Shown: piece by piece, positions 13,736 through 27,619 of the stretch | Layout: every line of letters begins with the position of its first letter | Position numbering within the stretch: position 1 is the stretch's first letter | NCBI GenBank assembly: GCA_965113315.1 | Contig: OZ220371.1 | Reading direction: 5' to 3' (one strand) | Origin: Podarcis vaucheri | Taxonomy: Eukaryota | DNA length: 64,000 nucleotides | Position numbers and translations under genes: made by a program | The notes under the pieces: model-generated | The model's input: only the letters and a program-made list of their open reading frames with translations | What the model was told of the DNA's origin: nothing | Database searches by the model: none

Positions 13736-14133
13736 TAAACCCTCAAAATTATATTGCTCATGTAGGCTTGATAACCCAAATAATAGGACAGCTGCTGTGT
13801 TGATAACTTGAAATTTGGCATACCTGAAGAGGTCTATGAAAGTGAGTGCCAAATTTCAGGCTGATCTAAAGTCTGTTGGCATAGATACAGCTAATGAAAA
13901 AGTGCTGCAAACTAACACCTTGCCCATTTTTCAGGTTATTAAGACAGCATATCCTACATTTCTTTCTGATTCTGGTGAAAACTATTGAAGATAGTGTAAT
14001 GTAGCCCACATTTTCATGGGTTTGGTGTAGTTCTTATCAGTGGTTCAACAGTTATTAATGTTTTCCTGTCCCATTAAAGCCTATGGAAAACAAGTATTGG
14101 CAAAATAGTGTGTGTGTGGCTGAAAGGAAAAGC

Positions 14134-14184
<51 letters not shown>

Positions 14185-15400
14185 TTATTTGTACCCCGCC
14201 CATCTGGCTGGGTTTCCCCAGCCACTCTGGGCGGCTTCCAACAAAGATGAAAAATACACTAAAATGTCACATATTAAAAACTTCCCTGAACAGGGCTGCC
14301 TTCAGATGTCTTCTGAATGTCAGGTAGTTGTTTATCGCTTTGACATCTGATGGGAGGGCGTTCCACAGGGCGGGCGCCACTACCGAGAAGGCCCTCTGCC
14401 TGGTTCCCTGTAACTTGGCCTCTCGCAGTGAGGGAACCGCCAGAAGGCCCTCGGAGCTGGACCTCAGTGTCCGGGCAGAACAATGGGGGAGGAGACGCTC
14501 CTTCAGATATACTGGACAAAGGCCGTTTAGGGCTTTAAAGGTCAGCACCAACACTTTGAATTGTGCTCGGAAACGTACTGGGAGCCAATATATGGTCTCG
14601 GCGGCCACTCCCAGACACCAGTCTAGCTGCCGCATTCTGGATTATTTGTAGTTTCCAGGTCACCTTCAAAGGTAGCCCCACATAGAGCGCGTTGCAGTAG
14701 TCCAAGCGGGAGATAACCAGAGCATGCACCACTCTGGCGAGACAGTCCGCAGGCAGATAGGGTCTCAGCCTACATACCAGATGGAGCTGGTAAACAGCTG
14801 CCCTGGATACAGATTTGACCTGTGCCTCCATGGACAGCTGTGAGTCCAAAATGACTCCCAGGCTGCGTACCTGGTCCTTCAGGGGCACAGTTACCCCATT
14901 CAGGACCAGGGAATCCTCCACACCTGCCCGCCTCCCAAAAACAGTACTTCTGTCTTGTCAGGATTCAACCTCAATCTGTTAGCCGCCATCGATCCTCCAA
15001 CCGCCTCCAGACACTCACACAGGACCTTCACCGCCTTCACTGGTTCTGATTTAAAAGAGAGGTAGAGCTGGGTATCATCCGCATACTAATGAACACCCAG
15101 CCCAAACCTCCTGATGATCTTTCCCAGTGGCTGCATGTAAATGTTGAAAAGAATGGGGGAGAGGACAGAACCCTGAGGCACCCCACAAGTGAGAGCCCAG
15201 GGGTCTGAACACTCATCCCCCACCACCACTTTCTGAACACGGCCCAGGAGGAAGGAGCGGAACCACTGTATGACAGTGCCCCCAGCTCCCAGCCCCTCAA
15301 GACGGTCCAGAAGGATGTTATGGTCGATGCTATCAAACGCCGCTGAGAGATCCAGCAGAACTAGGAAACAGCTCTCACCTTTGTCCCTAGCCCGCCGGAG
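14134..15400 (-). mobile_element. 5'-truncated L2-clade LINE: RT and C-terminal ORF2, pseudogenised
   Basis: Minus-strand ORFs contain LLDLSAAFDSIDH, GVPQGSVLSPILFNIY, *YADDT, SRLDYCNALYVGLP and RAFSVVAPALWNALP. There is an (AAT)n tail at 14134-14183, a stop codon before YADD and small deletions. Confidence 0.93.
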
Positions 15401-15714
15401 GACTAGTGTGTATGCATGCACGCACAAATATATGTTGCTCAGAGGAGTTTGGGAAAGAAATCAGGAGTCAGGAGTTCAACAATGTTATTCTGTTTCCTCA
15501 AACTAATATGTGCAAACAGCCTTGTTTGCATTTTCAAAATTAAGCATGCTAAACCTGAACAGGGAGTATCAGACTCGTGCCTGAAGCCAACTGTTCTTTC
15601 TCTTTGGTGTATGTGCATTCAGTGGAAGGCTAGAATATAATCCTATACATACACAACTGGGCATAGACAAGCTCTTCCATGTGATCTGGAACCAGGTAAA
15701 AAAACCAAAACAGA

Positions 15715-15925
15715 ACAGGGCCCCTGATTTGAACAGGTGGCCATCTAACCTATGTTTAAAAACTGCCATGGAGGGGAGTTCATCACCTTCTGAAGCAGCC
15801 CATTCCACTGTTAAACAGCTCTTAGCATCAGGACGTTCTTCCCAATGTTCAGTCAGAATCTCCCTTTTTGTAATTTGAACCCATTAATTTGGGTCCTACC
15901 CTCCAGAGCAACAGAAAACAAGCCT
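15715..15925 (-). mobile_element. CR1 LINE 3' fragment
   Basis: Minus-strand translation ..PSMAVFKHRLDGHL.. and aagagctgtttaacagtggaatggg match the CR1 ORF2 end. Confidence 0.75.
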
Positions 15926-16166
15926 ACTGAATATGTGGTGTGTGTTTCTTGCATCCATACATCCATGTCTGCAGGATATTCACTTTCCAACATTTCTCCA
16001 ATGAAAATAGGGATATGCTATTCTCATCTCAAGGACCACTGTTTGTAGACCACCAGCGCCATTACCAAATGCTGCACCATTACCTTCTGACCCTATAGTA
16101 GTCTGCCCCTTCCATCAATTTAAAAACCAATAGATTGATTCACCAAAATAAGAAAGCATACTTATA

Positions 16167-16823
16167 CAGTGGAACCTCAACTTACAACCATAATCCATTC
16201 CGGAGGTCCAGTCATAACTAGAAATGTACATAAGTAGAGGCACACTTTTCCATAGAAAGTAATGGAAAAGTGAATTTGATCCATTCTAGACGATGAAAAA
16301 CACCCCCTAAAACAGCAATTTAACACGGATTTTACTGTCTAACGAGACCATAGATCCATAAGATGAAGGCAATAATCAATGAACTGTGCTATAAAATAAA
16401 AAGTATTGTAGATGAAAAAAAAATTCTTATGTGCACTGAGGGTGGGTAGGCTTACCTGGCTACAAGCTGGGGGTGGGGCAAGGGTCAGTAAAGAACTGGT
16501 TCACTTTGGCCAGGTCGCTTTATTTTCTTGCCAGGCCAGGTTCTTCTCTGGACTTCTTCAGGTTAGTTCCTCGGTGGGGTTTGGGGCTGCAGTGCGCCCT
16601 GCTGTGCCTCTTGCAGGCAGCACCTCTACCGCAGCTTCAGGGGTGGGATGGGGACCCTCTTCCCGGCAGCAGAGGCCTCGGCGCTGCTCTGCAGGGTGAG
16701 CTCCAGGCTGCTGGCAAGGCCACTGTTCATATCTAGAGGAAAGATGATAAGTCGAAGCACCTACTGAAGGTCGTAACTGGAATCGTACGTAAGTAGAGGC
16801 GTATGTAAATTGAGGTTCCACTG
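16167..16823. mobile_element. Tc1/mariner (Tigger-like) non-autonomous element, ~657 bp
   Basis: TIR cagtggaacctcaacttac / gtaaattgaggttccactg with TA on both sides. Confidence 0.88.
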
Positions 16824-19800
16824 TAGTACAATAGGCTATCAACACCTGAAAATATACTACAGCAGCTGCAGGATGTGAAATTGTTCTCCACTGGTCATGC
16901 ACATGTATTTATGTAAGATGCATCCATTCCCCAAGCAGATATTCAACTCCTAATCCTTTTATGTTGCATTATGTAATGTCAGTGAATATATAAAACCTGC
17001 AGAGATGAAGAGGCACTTTGGGCTAGTTCTCTATCCCTTAAAAACTAAAAATAATATTATTTAACTTTTTTATTTTAAAAAAACCTAGTCTATTATGTTT
17101 CATAGAAATTCTCTTTATGAAATTTTAGGATTTTGATAGAATATGTTGTTATTTATAAAGATATACTTTTAATCATCATTTTAGACACCATATCATGAGT
17201 TCTGTCAGTAAGGAAACTATCTTTCAAAAAAGAAAACTGGTTTTTCTTTTGTTTTATCTGTCTTTGACTGGCATCTTAACTACTTATTATTATCAGGAGT
17301 ACATTTCATTGAACAGAACAGGATGATTTTTATTATGAAGTTTCATTATAAGCATGCAGTCCTGTTCTGTTGCTATCAGCTGTTAGCTGCTGGATTTGGG
17401 CTTTGTTATTTCTTGCCATTGAAAAAATAAATTATATTAATAGGGCAGGAATATGTCATAATGAAAATGAAATATATAATTGGACAAAATGTGTTATGAA
17501 TGACTTCTACATTGACATTATAAACTACAACTCAAAAGGGTAGGAACTCTCAAATATTTCTCTTAAACATGCCCTTCATACCTCCGTACTTTTCAAAAGA
17601 AACTAAATCCACAAATGTTTGGATTTAGTCACATTTATGTTTGTCTTCTCTAATGTGAAAACAAAGGTTTCATACCGTCCAAACCTCAGGAAACAGCTGC
17701 TCGAACAAAGAAAATGTAAAAAAATTAAAAATGAAGATACGTTTTCCCCTTTATCTTAATGTAAATAACATTAAGTATAAGCAATACATTTAATCAAGAT
17801 ACCCTGGTCCCTTGATGCTAATGTCCCATCTGAGCAATGCAGTCATGCCAATAAACTAAAAGCATCCAAATAGGTGTGGATCATAATCCTCTTACATCAT
17901 TCCTTCATCTTCTAGATTTGGATCATATTATTCCTCAGATGAATATCAAAGAAGAAGCTTTTTTAAAAAAAAATGCAACCTATTTCTCCTGTTAATTGCA
18001 CTCTAGCCACAAGTTTCAGGTTCATATCTGCCTTCCAGACCTATCATACTTCAGATGACCTGATTTGTTAATCACATTATATAAACTCTTCAGAGCAACG
18101 TTTGTGTTTTATTTTGTATTTTAGCTATAGCATAATACATAAAACTGTCATTGCCAATAGCCATACTCTGGAAAACATTGTGCAGAAAATGCAGTGGAGT
18201 AAGAAGAGAGTCATGTAAATTAGTTCTGAAAAACAGTCTTGATACAGTTGCACGTTTTCCCCATCATCATGGTAACTGATCACCATCTCTGTTGCCTGAG
18301 CTTTTCCATGAACAAAGTTGACCATATCTTCTGGTGGAGGCTTTGCTTAGTCATTCTGAGAGACAACATCAACCATCCCCTTGTCGTGATAGGGCACAAA
18401 GGGATATGCTGCTTATAGCTTTCATCAGGAGCTTCCATTCACACAAAAACAAATAGTGGCATATGTCTTGAACACCCATTTTCTGCTCTCTTGCTAAAGT
18501 TTGCCTTTTCCATTTAGTTTTTTGAAATATGGCTATAAGCTTGTCCAGCAAAACATACAGTCATCGAGCTCAACACTATTGCTTACATTGTGGACAAGTG
18601 GGGTCTCACATGCCCTCCTAATTCAACATGCTATATAGTGCAAGGACAGGGAACTGGTGGTCTCCATATGTTTTGTTTCAACTCCCACCAGTCTTAGTCC
18701 ACACAAATAATACAGCAGCAGCAGCAACAACAAACTTCCAATTTAGGAATGAAAATTCTTACTCAGATCCCACTGACACAGCAGACTGATCCTGCTTTGT
18801 CATTATTTGAGTTGGGGAGCAGCAGTGGCAGACTCTGGCCTCCCAAATTTCAACGGTGCAGTGTGTGACGCTAAAATTCAGTGCCCCCCCCACCTGCCTC
18901 TTGTGCTCCTTTCTACATCATTGTTGTTATGCCCAATGCAGCGCTGGTGCCCAGTGCAAACGAAGCAGTAGCACCACCCTAAAACTACCTCTGGGAGCAG
19001 AGTGCTACTGTGACTAAGTATTTGCAGTTTAAGGGTGGCATGGTTGCCTTAAGCTGGTGTGTTTATGAATGTCCTTCAGTGGCCAGACTCTCTGAGGCAG
19101 TACATCTGGCTCAGCCTGCTCCCCATCCACCATTCCTCTAATGGGCGGAGGTAAAATCGCACACAGAGTGGAGGGCTAAAGAGCACAGCCATTATTTTCT
19201 AGCAATCTGGTTGTACACAGAAATTCTAGTTTAGCGAGTATGATTTCCATGAAGACCCTTTGCTTTTCAGTTAAGAAATTAACCCCTAAACGTGCTGCAC
19301 CAACTTTGTGCTTCATGAAGGTACACTCTTTGCCTTCTAAATCTGTAATTCAAAAAATGCAGCCCTTTGTGTAACCCAGAGAGCCTTAATTCCCTCTACA
19401 GAAAGAAAAAGGTTTCCATTCTTGAAATGGTTGGCTTGGAATTTTCTTCTTGGCACCATTCTGACAATGCATTTTCATGGGAATCCATTCCAGTAATCAT
19501 GGCCGGTATTGTCTTATGATGGGGAAAATATGTTTTTAGGAATGGTGCCCTCACATAGTTTAGCTTAAAACAATGCCAACTGGTATAAGATTATTTTTAA
19601 GTGCCAACTATGGCTATATTTATCACGTACAGTGAAGATTGCCAATAGACTAATTAGAAAACAGGAATATTATAGTGTACATAGTTTAAAATTAATATAG
19701 TTTGACAAAATAAATATGTCTCTCATTTTCATATTCTGCTTTCAATTGTTACTGAAGTTACAATTGCTTTAATTTTTCTTTCTTGCAAATAATTTCAGTA

Positions 19801-20489
19801 AAAACAAATGCATGCTTAAAGGAATTTTTCAGGCCAGTAGCTGGCATACAATCAAACCCTAAAATGCCATATGCCAATTTGTTCTTTAATATTGGGCATA
19901 TTTCAGCTATGTACTTCAGCAAAATTTCTGTATTCCATCTTTCATTTCTAATTTAGAGGAAACGCCTAAACCCATGAACAAACAATGCCAGTTCTCCACA
20001 TGAAGGGCTGGTTTTGCTAGTGTTTAATCAGGAATTGCTGTTCTAATTTTGTTTTGTATTGTCCCTGTTTGCTCTCTTGCTTTATTATATTATACTAATG
20101 GAGAAGAAGTAAATAACTGAACCCCTCTAAGGCAGCAATCCTATATAAGCACTTCTGCTAAGTGGGACTTAGAGGGATTGTGTGTTCATGAATAAGGAAC
20201 ATATTATAAGTTTGACCTGGTGGGACCGTTATTCCCTTAGTCCTGTTTGCTGGATCTCACTTATTATAAACACAGAGTCAACCCAAACCTTTATCATAAA
20301 TGGGGAGGAGAGATGAAGCAAATCTGCCCCTGCCAAAGGCAGGAATGGCATTGTTGAATGAATAAGTACAAATAAGTATATAAATACCAAGTTAAGGAGC
20401 ATATTCATGGATGCTGGCCACATGCAATCTTTATTGTGTAGAAGACGTGGCCTGAAGTCCACATGGAGCTGGTGTCCTCCCCCACCACT

Positions 20490-21290
20490 GCTCTAATATT
20501 TAATGTTCATCATCAGCCTGGCATGTCTCCAGACCAAGAGAAAAGTGTGGTGCATACGTATCTTAGAGATGCTGCTTGCAGGTAATGCAGCCTTGACAAT
20601 GCACTCCAAGGAAACTCTACAGAGACTCATCAACCATTTTGCCCAAGCTTGCATGGAGTTTGGCCTTACCATCAGCCTGAAGAAGGCCAACATCCTGGCC
20701 AGGACATTGCCAGAATTCCATGTTTCGGCACTGGAGATCACACACTTGAGGTGGTAGACAATTCTAACTGGGTTCTACCATAACCAGCAACCTAAGGTGG
20801 ACAAGCATATTGGCAAGGCAGTTGCTGCAATGGCTCACCTGTCCAAAAGGAGGGAATGTGGTGCTAATGACTGATACCAAGATGAAGATCAACAAGGCTT
20901 GCGTGTTGAACACACTGTTTTATGGAAATGAGTCTTGGGCAACTTACAACTGCCATGAGTGATGCCTCAACACTTTCCATATGTACTGCATCAGGAAGAT
21001 TTTGGGCATCATATGGTAGGACAGAGTCTCAAAACAAACCTGTGTTCTCCCAGCCCACATTCCTAGCATGTTTGCACTTCTGTCTCAGTGATGTCTACAC
21101 TGGCTCAGTCATGTACACAGAACAGAAGGTGGCAGTATCCCTAAGGTGTGGCTTATGGGGAGCAGGCTTCAGGCACTAGGAGGCCTATTGACAGACCAAC
21201 TCTGAATTACAAAGATGTCTGCAAATGTGATATGAAGGTTGGCAACATTGCAGCTTCTGGAAGCTCATGACCAGGAGCTTGTGAATAGGA
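20490..21290 (+). mobile_element. Degenerate RTE-clade LINE (non-BovB) RT fragment
   Basis: ILEMLLAGNAALTMHSKETLQRLINHFAQACMEFGLTISLKKANIL corresponds to the RTE motif LLFADDAAL..LQRL..F..AC.EFGLTISLKKT. Confidence 0.85.
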
Positions 21291-21299
21291 CTCATAAAC

Positions 21300-21789
21300 A
21301 GGGGACCAAAAAAGCATTTATGTCAGGGATTATAGGGGCAGAAATCCCAAAGAAAATGTTAAAATTGTTTATGCATGCAACAACAACAGCTAGGATTCTT
21401 CATGTACAGAAATGGAAGGAAGAAGTTGCTACCACTAAAGAAGAATGGATAAGCAAGATAATGGACTGCGCATAACTGGCAAAATTAAGAGAATCTAATC
21501 ATGAGCATTTTATGGAAGAATGGATGCCCTTTTTGGACTACTTAAAGAAATACTATAGAATGACGAACTCATGAGTAGGATTTGAGCTATGAGCAACAGA
21601 AGTAATTAGATTATAATATACAGTAGTGGTTATGATTTAATAAATAGAAGACATAGTGAAGCACAAGAGGAGAAAACTCAACTTCATGGGAAATGGGGTG
21701 GGAAGTCAAAAAAAAAGAGAAAATATGAAATTGTGTTTTTATTGTATATGTCAAAAATGTTGAAACTTAATAAAATATAATTTAAAAAA
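21300..21789 (+). mobile_element. Old L1 3' end adjoining or inserted in the RTE copy
   Basis: LFMHATTTARILHVQKWKEE..T.EEW is homologous to the L1 C-terminus at 30.7 kb. AATAAA and an A-tail at ~21769-21789. Confidence 0.8.
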
Positions 21790-22199
21790 GGACTTGTGAA
21801 CAGAGGTTTGCAAGGGATTGACGGGGGAGACCGAAAAGAGTGCGTGATTGACGGTGTGCTGTGCTAGAGCACATGGTATGAAGAGGAGGAGCTACTGCTG
21901 AGAGGAACCCAGGCAGAATAAGGAAGTAAGTCGGGGAAAAGTGAGTTGAATCGTAGCAGCAAAAGTGGATGCCTTCATCTCCCCCACCTGCAACAAAATA
22001 TACCTATCCTGTATTAGTTTCTGCAACCACAGCAGGCGCTGTAACTCTCCAGGGGTTTGACTTTACCCTTAAAGGCTCACTCTTCCATTGTCTCCTGAGA
22101 CAGCAGCATGACAACAACAAAAAGTACTCCTCCTATAGCTTCTGTCATTTTTCAATTGATCTGCCATGTCCAACTGTCAAAACTTTTGAATTCATACAA

Positions 22200-22560
22200 G
22201 CCTGATATTTACCACATTCTTATGTCTTTTGTAATGTCTGTGGTGTAAACAAGGTATCCTTCATAAAAATTCTGATACTGTATCAGATTTTTCAAGTCTT
22301 TATGAAAAGGTATCCCTTCCGCATCAAATATTTTATCTGGGTGTTATCCCACATTCAAAAATGCAACCTTTACCTCTTGAAGGCAGGACAAGTTGTTTGG
22401 AACTCCAATTCCACCCTATTCAACCTTTTTAAATAGTAGTTTAGCAGCTAGAAACATCTTTTGGTGCTCTTTTTGAAATGGCCTGGGCTAAGGTTATTTT
22501 CAGGCTTCAAATCATAGTATTACCATCTGCGCGTTGGAATGGGCCAAGGCTGGAACAGAA
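22200..22560 (-). mobile_element. Very old L1-like ORF2 remnant
   Basis: Minus-strand KLLFKKVE*GGIGVPN resembles the L1 L..PK..GGL.LPN motif. Confidence 0.4.
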
Positions 22561-23033
22561 TGCAGGAACAGATCAAGTTCTAAAAGGAATCTGGGACTGA
22601 GGTTAACAGCTAGTATTAGGTTGCTTTTATCAATATCCATCCAAAGAGGTTTACCACAATATATTTGTTGTATGTGTTTTGTATTTTTATTATAGGCCTC
22701 AATGCTTTTTTTGAGCGAAATTTTGCTTTGATGATGAAAGATAGATTATTACACTTGGCAAGAGGAAGTTGTTTACTTGGATTTAGCTTAGAAGACATCA
22801 TGGCTGTTTTCGCTTGCAAAGTCTACCTCAGGGGATTTTGGAAACTGCTCTGGCAATATATGCTTCCCATCTTTACAGTACTAAGCCCCATTTCACACCC
22901 CTTTGCCTTAACATACATACCCCAGAAGACGTTCTTAAGGCTCACCACATGATTGCTAACCAGTTATAGTCGAGGCCTAGTTTTCACAGATTGATATAGC
23001 TTCACTAAACATGGACTCCACAATTCCACAGTA

Positions 23034-23414
23034 CAGTGGTACCTCGGGTTACAGATGCTTCAGGTTACAGACTCTGCTAAACCAGAAATAGTACCCCAGG
23101 TTAAGAACTTTGCTTCAGGATGAGAACAGAAATCGTGCAGCAGCAGCAGGAGGCCCCATTAGCTAAAGTGGTACCTCAGGTTAAGAACAATTTCAGGTTA
23201 AGAACGGACCTCCAGAACGAATTACCGTATTTTTCGCTCTATAACACGTACCCGACCATAACACGTACGTAGTTTTTAGAGGAGGAAAATCCGTAGGCAT
23301 GCCATCCGTAGGCATTCCCTCCATAGCACGCACAGACATTTCCCCTTACTTTTTAGGAGGAAAAAAGTGAGTGTTATGGTGCAAAAAATAAGTTCTTAAC
23401 CCGAGGTACCACTG
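23034..23414. mobile_element. Mariner MITE with a second pogo/Tigger-like MITE nested at ~23225-23390
   Basis: Outer TIRs cagtggtacctcgggtta / taacccgaggtaccactg with TA TSD. The insert begins ta|ccgtatttttcgctctataa inside the host's gaatta/ag site, and its right TIR is truncated (gcaaaaaata). Confidence 0.88.
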
Positions 23415-26400
23415 TAACATATGCTCAAGCAAATCTCATGGGTCATCCAGCTCCATGGTTAATGCTCAAGCCACCAGGCATCACTTATTTCAAGGATGCT
23501 GCTTCTGGGCTGCTGGACTATTTCTTACCCTGCCTCTTCCACTTACCTAGAAAAAGCTCAGTTTCTCTGGCATTCTACCTGGTACAAGGATTCACCACTC
23601 TTCTTATCTTTCCTGATGTTTGTATCTCAGCTTTAGGATGGTCCCCTGAAGCTTTTCTAATCTAATGAAATGTTCCTTAGGGCACCTTCTCCAGACAGAG
23701 GGCAACCTCAGCACATATACTATATATTCTAGCATAGAATCATTTGGGGTAACCTCCTGTTGTTTTCCACAAGGCTGAAATGATCTCAGGAAATGGTCTT
23801 GGACGGATCGTTATAAATCATGTCAAAGGCCTCTCCCCATAGTCACAGTTCTCTTTTGCAGAGCTGTTATGCATGTTTAAAGGATCATATTTTCCCACAC
23901 TTTTCATTTTTAGGGGGCTACACTCTCGCTCTGTACTGAAATTTTGTTTATAAAATACTTTTGAAAGAGTCAATATGTTTTTCGTATGAAAGTTTTTTAA
24001 AAAACGAAAAGAAAATGAGTATGTTTGGGCAGACAGGCATATGATTCTGTTGATCTGCTATTGTATTTGTGTATACTGCAATGAGTGAGTCTATGCACCT
24101 TGCCAGCACCGCTTAATACATGAGGTTTCCATTCTGTTGCCTTCAGTGTTTTTGGAATCAAGTGAAGCTGAAACATCCTGGAAGAAAAGTTCAGTTTTTG
24201 CACCTCCTGGTTTCAATTATTTTTAAATATGACGCACAAACACTGCTTTTAAAGATATGTGACTGAAGCGCCATATAAGGATCGTTTGCTTTTTTGAAAT
24301 ACATGTGGTGGAAATCTGAGACCTGCTGGCTGCCAAGTTCCAATATTTGTATTAGAGTATTGGCAGGAGAAAGTAAGCCATTGTTCAGAGTACAATTTTG
24401 AGAGTGACTATCATACATAAGGGAAAATATATATTCTCATATTCTACTTCATGCTTATTGGACAATCCAATAATCCTTCATTAAACTATTTAAAAGTTGA
24501 AACAAACATTTCTGGTGTTGTTTCTTCAAGCTCTCAAAGGTAAATTAATGGTGTAATCTACACCAAGTCATGCTTAGACTCATATCTCGAAAGGGGGAGG
24601 GACTTAAAAATTACTGTGGTGTGATAAGGGTTTTCATATGTCCATCATTTCTTTAAAAAGTATAGAGTGAGCTATCGTGTGTTCATATTCATACTTTGTG
24701 CATGATAAATGCTATCTTGATGAGATAAATGGCAATGTCTGTGGCGAGACAAGGTCTGGTTGAGATCAAGTGGTGTTAAAGACCATAATAAGTTCAGGTA
24801 AAAAAAATGCAGTCTTAACCTGGAAGCTCGTCTATGGAGTTGCAACTTGCTATATGGCCTGTTCTATTTGAAGTCAAGTAGATCATTTTGCTGGAGCTCC
24901 CTACAAAGAGCACTAATGATGGTACTAAGGACAAATGGTCCAGGTTTGGGGCTTTGAATCTAAACAATCACATGGAATCTTGACATGGTGCTCAATCTCT
25001 TTGTACCAGTGGAAATTCCAAATAGTTCCATAAGTAAACAGGGACACGTATAGAGGGCAGATTCTCATAAGGGCTTCCTCAAGTGTCTCCATGAGCAATG
25101 CAGAGGTTAGAAAGGGCATGCAAATGGATGGAGCTGGAACTTGCAATCATCATGGCACATCCATTAATGTCAAATGTGTCGTTTGCAGGAAAACCAGGGT
25201 TTCTTTCTTTTTAAAAAAAAGAAGAAGAAGAAAGAAACCAAGTGTGGGTATCCTGAAACCATAGACTTTTCTTCTTCTGATCCAACTGGGGGTGGGGTAT
25301 CCCCATGATGCAATGAGTGATAGGATGAAAGCTGCCATTAATACCAATTAGATATTTTCTTTTTACCTATTGCTGTTTGCAGGGCAGGGGTGATTCATGG
25401 TATGAAAAGGCTAACCTCACTTCCCCACATGTTGGAAGGGTGATTGCTTTTACTTTTTTAAAAAATGCAAACAATACAGTTAACATCACATGTAGTTAGG
25501 CCCTACAGCTGGACTGGGAGACATGTAGACCTTCAAATATTCTTGGGCCAAAGCTCCCATCATCCCTGACTCCCGTCTAGGCAGACGGGGGCTGATGGAA
25601 TGCAACAACTTCTGCAAGGCCACAGGTTCCCCATACCTGCCCTAAAGGTAGCCTCTTTCACACTACCAGCTCCCAAGAATCATATAATATATTAACAGAG
25701 AGGTACTCATGCCCTTTTCTATCTGTACGTGTTCCACAGAGTTGCAGTACAACTCAGTTTTGTGCTCCCCCATCCCAAGTTGGCCAAAGGTTCATTGTGC
25801 TACACATCTTTCTAAAAGTGTATGCCCCTATGAGGAAACTGTGTCAAGGGCTCTTAGTAGCTTTAGTAGCTCTAGCTTCTAATTACCTCGAGGTTTAATT
25901 GCCTCAAGGTTATGTTTCCTTGACAAGAAACTCCTAAAATTCCTAACCCATAAGAACATAGGAGACTGCCACGTAGACCACTAGCCATCTAGCTGAATAT
26001 ACTCTATACCAGTTTCCCAACCTTAGGTCTCTAGTTGTTTTGGACTACAATTCCCATCATCCCTGACCACTGGTCTTGCTAGATGGGGATGATGGGAGTT
26101 GTAGTCCAAAGACAGCTGAAGACCCAAAGTTGTGAATTACTGCTCTACACTGACTAGCAATGGTTCTCCAGGGTTCTAGGCCTTTCCCAGCCCTACTTGA
26201 AGATACAGACATTTGAGCCTGGGTCCTTTTGCATGCCATGACCCATGATAAGCTTTTGCTCCAAGCAGCAGCCAATGCTCTCTCATGTCACATATAATAT
26301 TGGCCACATTACATGGCAACATATGCAATGAATGATTCTGATCTGTAACATCAACAAGTATAGACAGTTGTGGACAGAGCTCACTCAATATAAATCATTA

Positions 26401-27542
26401 GCAATGTTGTTTGTTCTGAAAAGAAACAACAGAATCAATGTCTGTCATCTGGTTTCAAGACTTTGCTGTGTCAATACACAGAAGTAACCTCAATTAAAAT
26501 GTTTACTCTTGAAGTAAAAGAATCTCTAGCATATGGTACATGCATTGGGTGGAGGGGAGATTATCACTAAAAGTTTTTGACGTTGAGTTGATTTAGAACA
26601 TGTTCTATAAAAACTGGAAAGAGAGGAAAGTTATACATTGTAGAAATCTCTGAGGTATCAATGTTTTCTAGGTTATTTATTCTTTAATAAATTCAATTCC
26701 ATGGTATTTTCTCCATAGCTTTACTTATTTTCTCTACTTTAACATCAGGCATGAGTAGACTAAATATGGGAAAATAAATCCAGGACTTACCATGAGGTGA
26801 TTTGGGTTATTTGGGAGGAATTAAAAGGTTTATACTTTATGTCAAATTTCCCTGCCATTGTGTAACATTTTGTGCACCTCACAGTTTTGTTGAGGATTTG
26901 TTTTCTTTTGTTTTTGGTCTTCCTGATTCTGCCCACACATCCTTATAGTGAAAGCAGCATACTTTCAGGGTTGTAGCACCAGTTCCCTGGAATTTTGTAC
27001 CCATTAAAGTGAAGCCTACACAGCCCAACATTGTTATGTTTTCAACACTTGATGAAAACTTTTCTTATTTTCCAAGTCTCTGTCTAATCCCCCTGCAGTT
27101 TTAATTATTGTTCAATTTTTATGTTTTAACACTGCTTATGGTTGCACTGTGTTTTATATTCGTGTTTTATGCTGGTTTCTTGTTTAGCTGTACTGAATCT
27201 TTTTAATGTTTAGCTGTACTGTATTTTTTAAATTTACTATCAGGTGGAGTTGGCTTACTGATATTATAAGCTTGGGCCCACCTTTCTTATAGATTTACCT
27301 CCCTCTAGAAAAGATTTTTCTTATTTTCTCCTCATTCCCCATCTCCATCTCAGTCTCAGTGCATCATGGTGCAAGTTGTCCTTTTCTAAAAGTGCATTCT
27401 CATGTGAATGCAATGTACAGGTACTAAGTCACTAAATAAAGTGCAACTAGAAAACTAAATGCAGCTAAGTCATCAAGCAGTTGGGTTTATAAATGAAAGC
27501 AAGTCAATCAGCAACAACATCCTGCACCATAAGTCAATTGCT

Positions 27543-27544
27543 GT

Positions 27545-27616
<72 letters not shown>
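27543..27616. repeat. Compound (GT)n(GA)n microsatellite
   Basis: Direct tandem repeat. Confidence 0.95.

Positions 27617-27619
<3 letters not shown>

Noticed and set aside
18125-18420. Protein-like stretch (PPPEDMVNFVHGKAQATEMV...) as a coding exon
   Set aside because: There is a stop just upstream, no good acceptor/donor pair and no recognisable family.
24660-25350. Possible decayed coding or retroelement sequence
   Set aside because: Stops in all frames and no motif I can assign confidently.
27181-27221. 15-bp direct repeat tgtttagctgtactg; similar small duplications at 10606-10632 and 8257-8281
   Set aside because: Ordinary local slippage duplications with no further structure.
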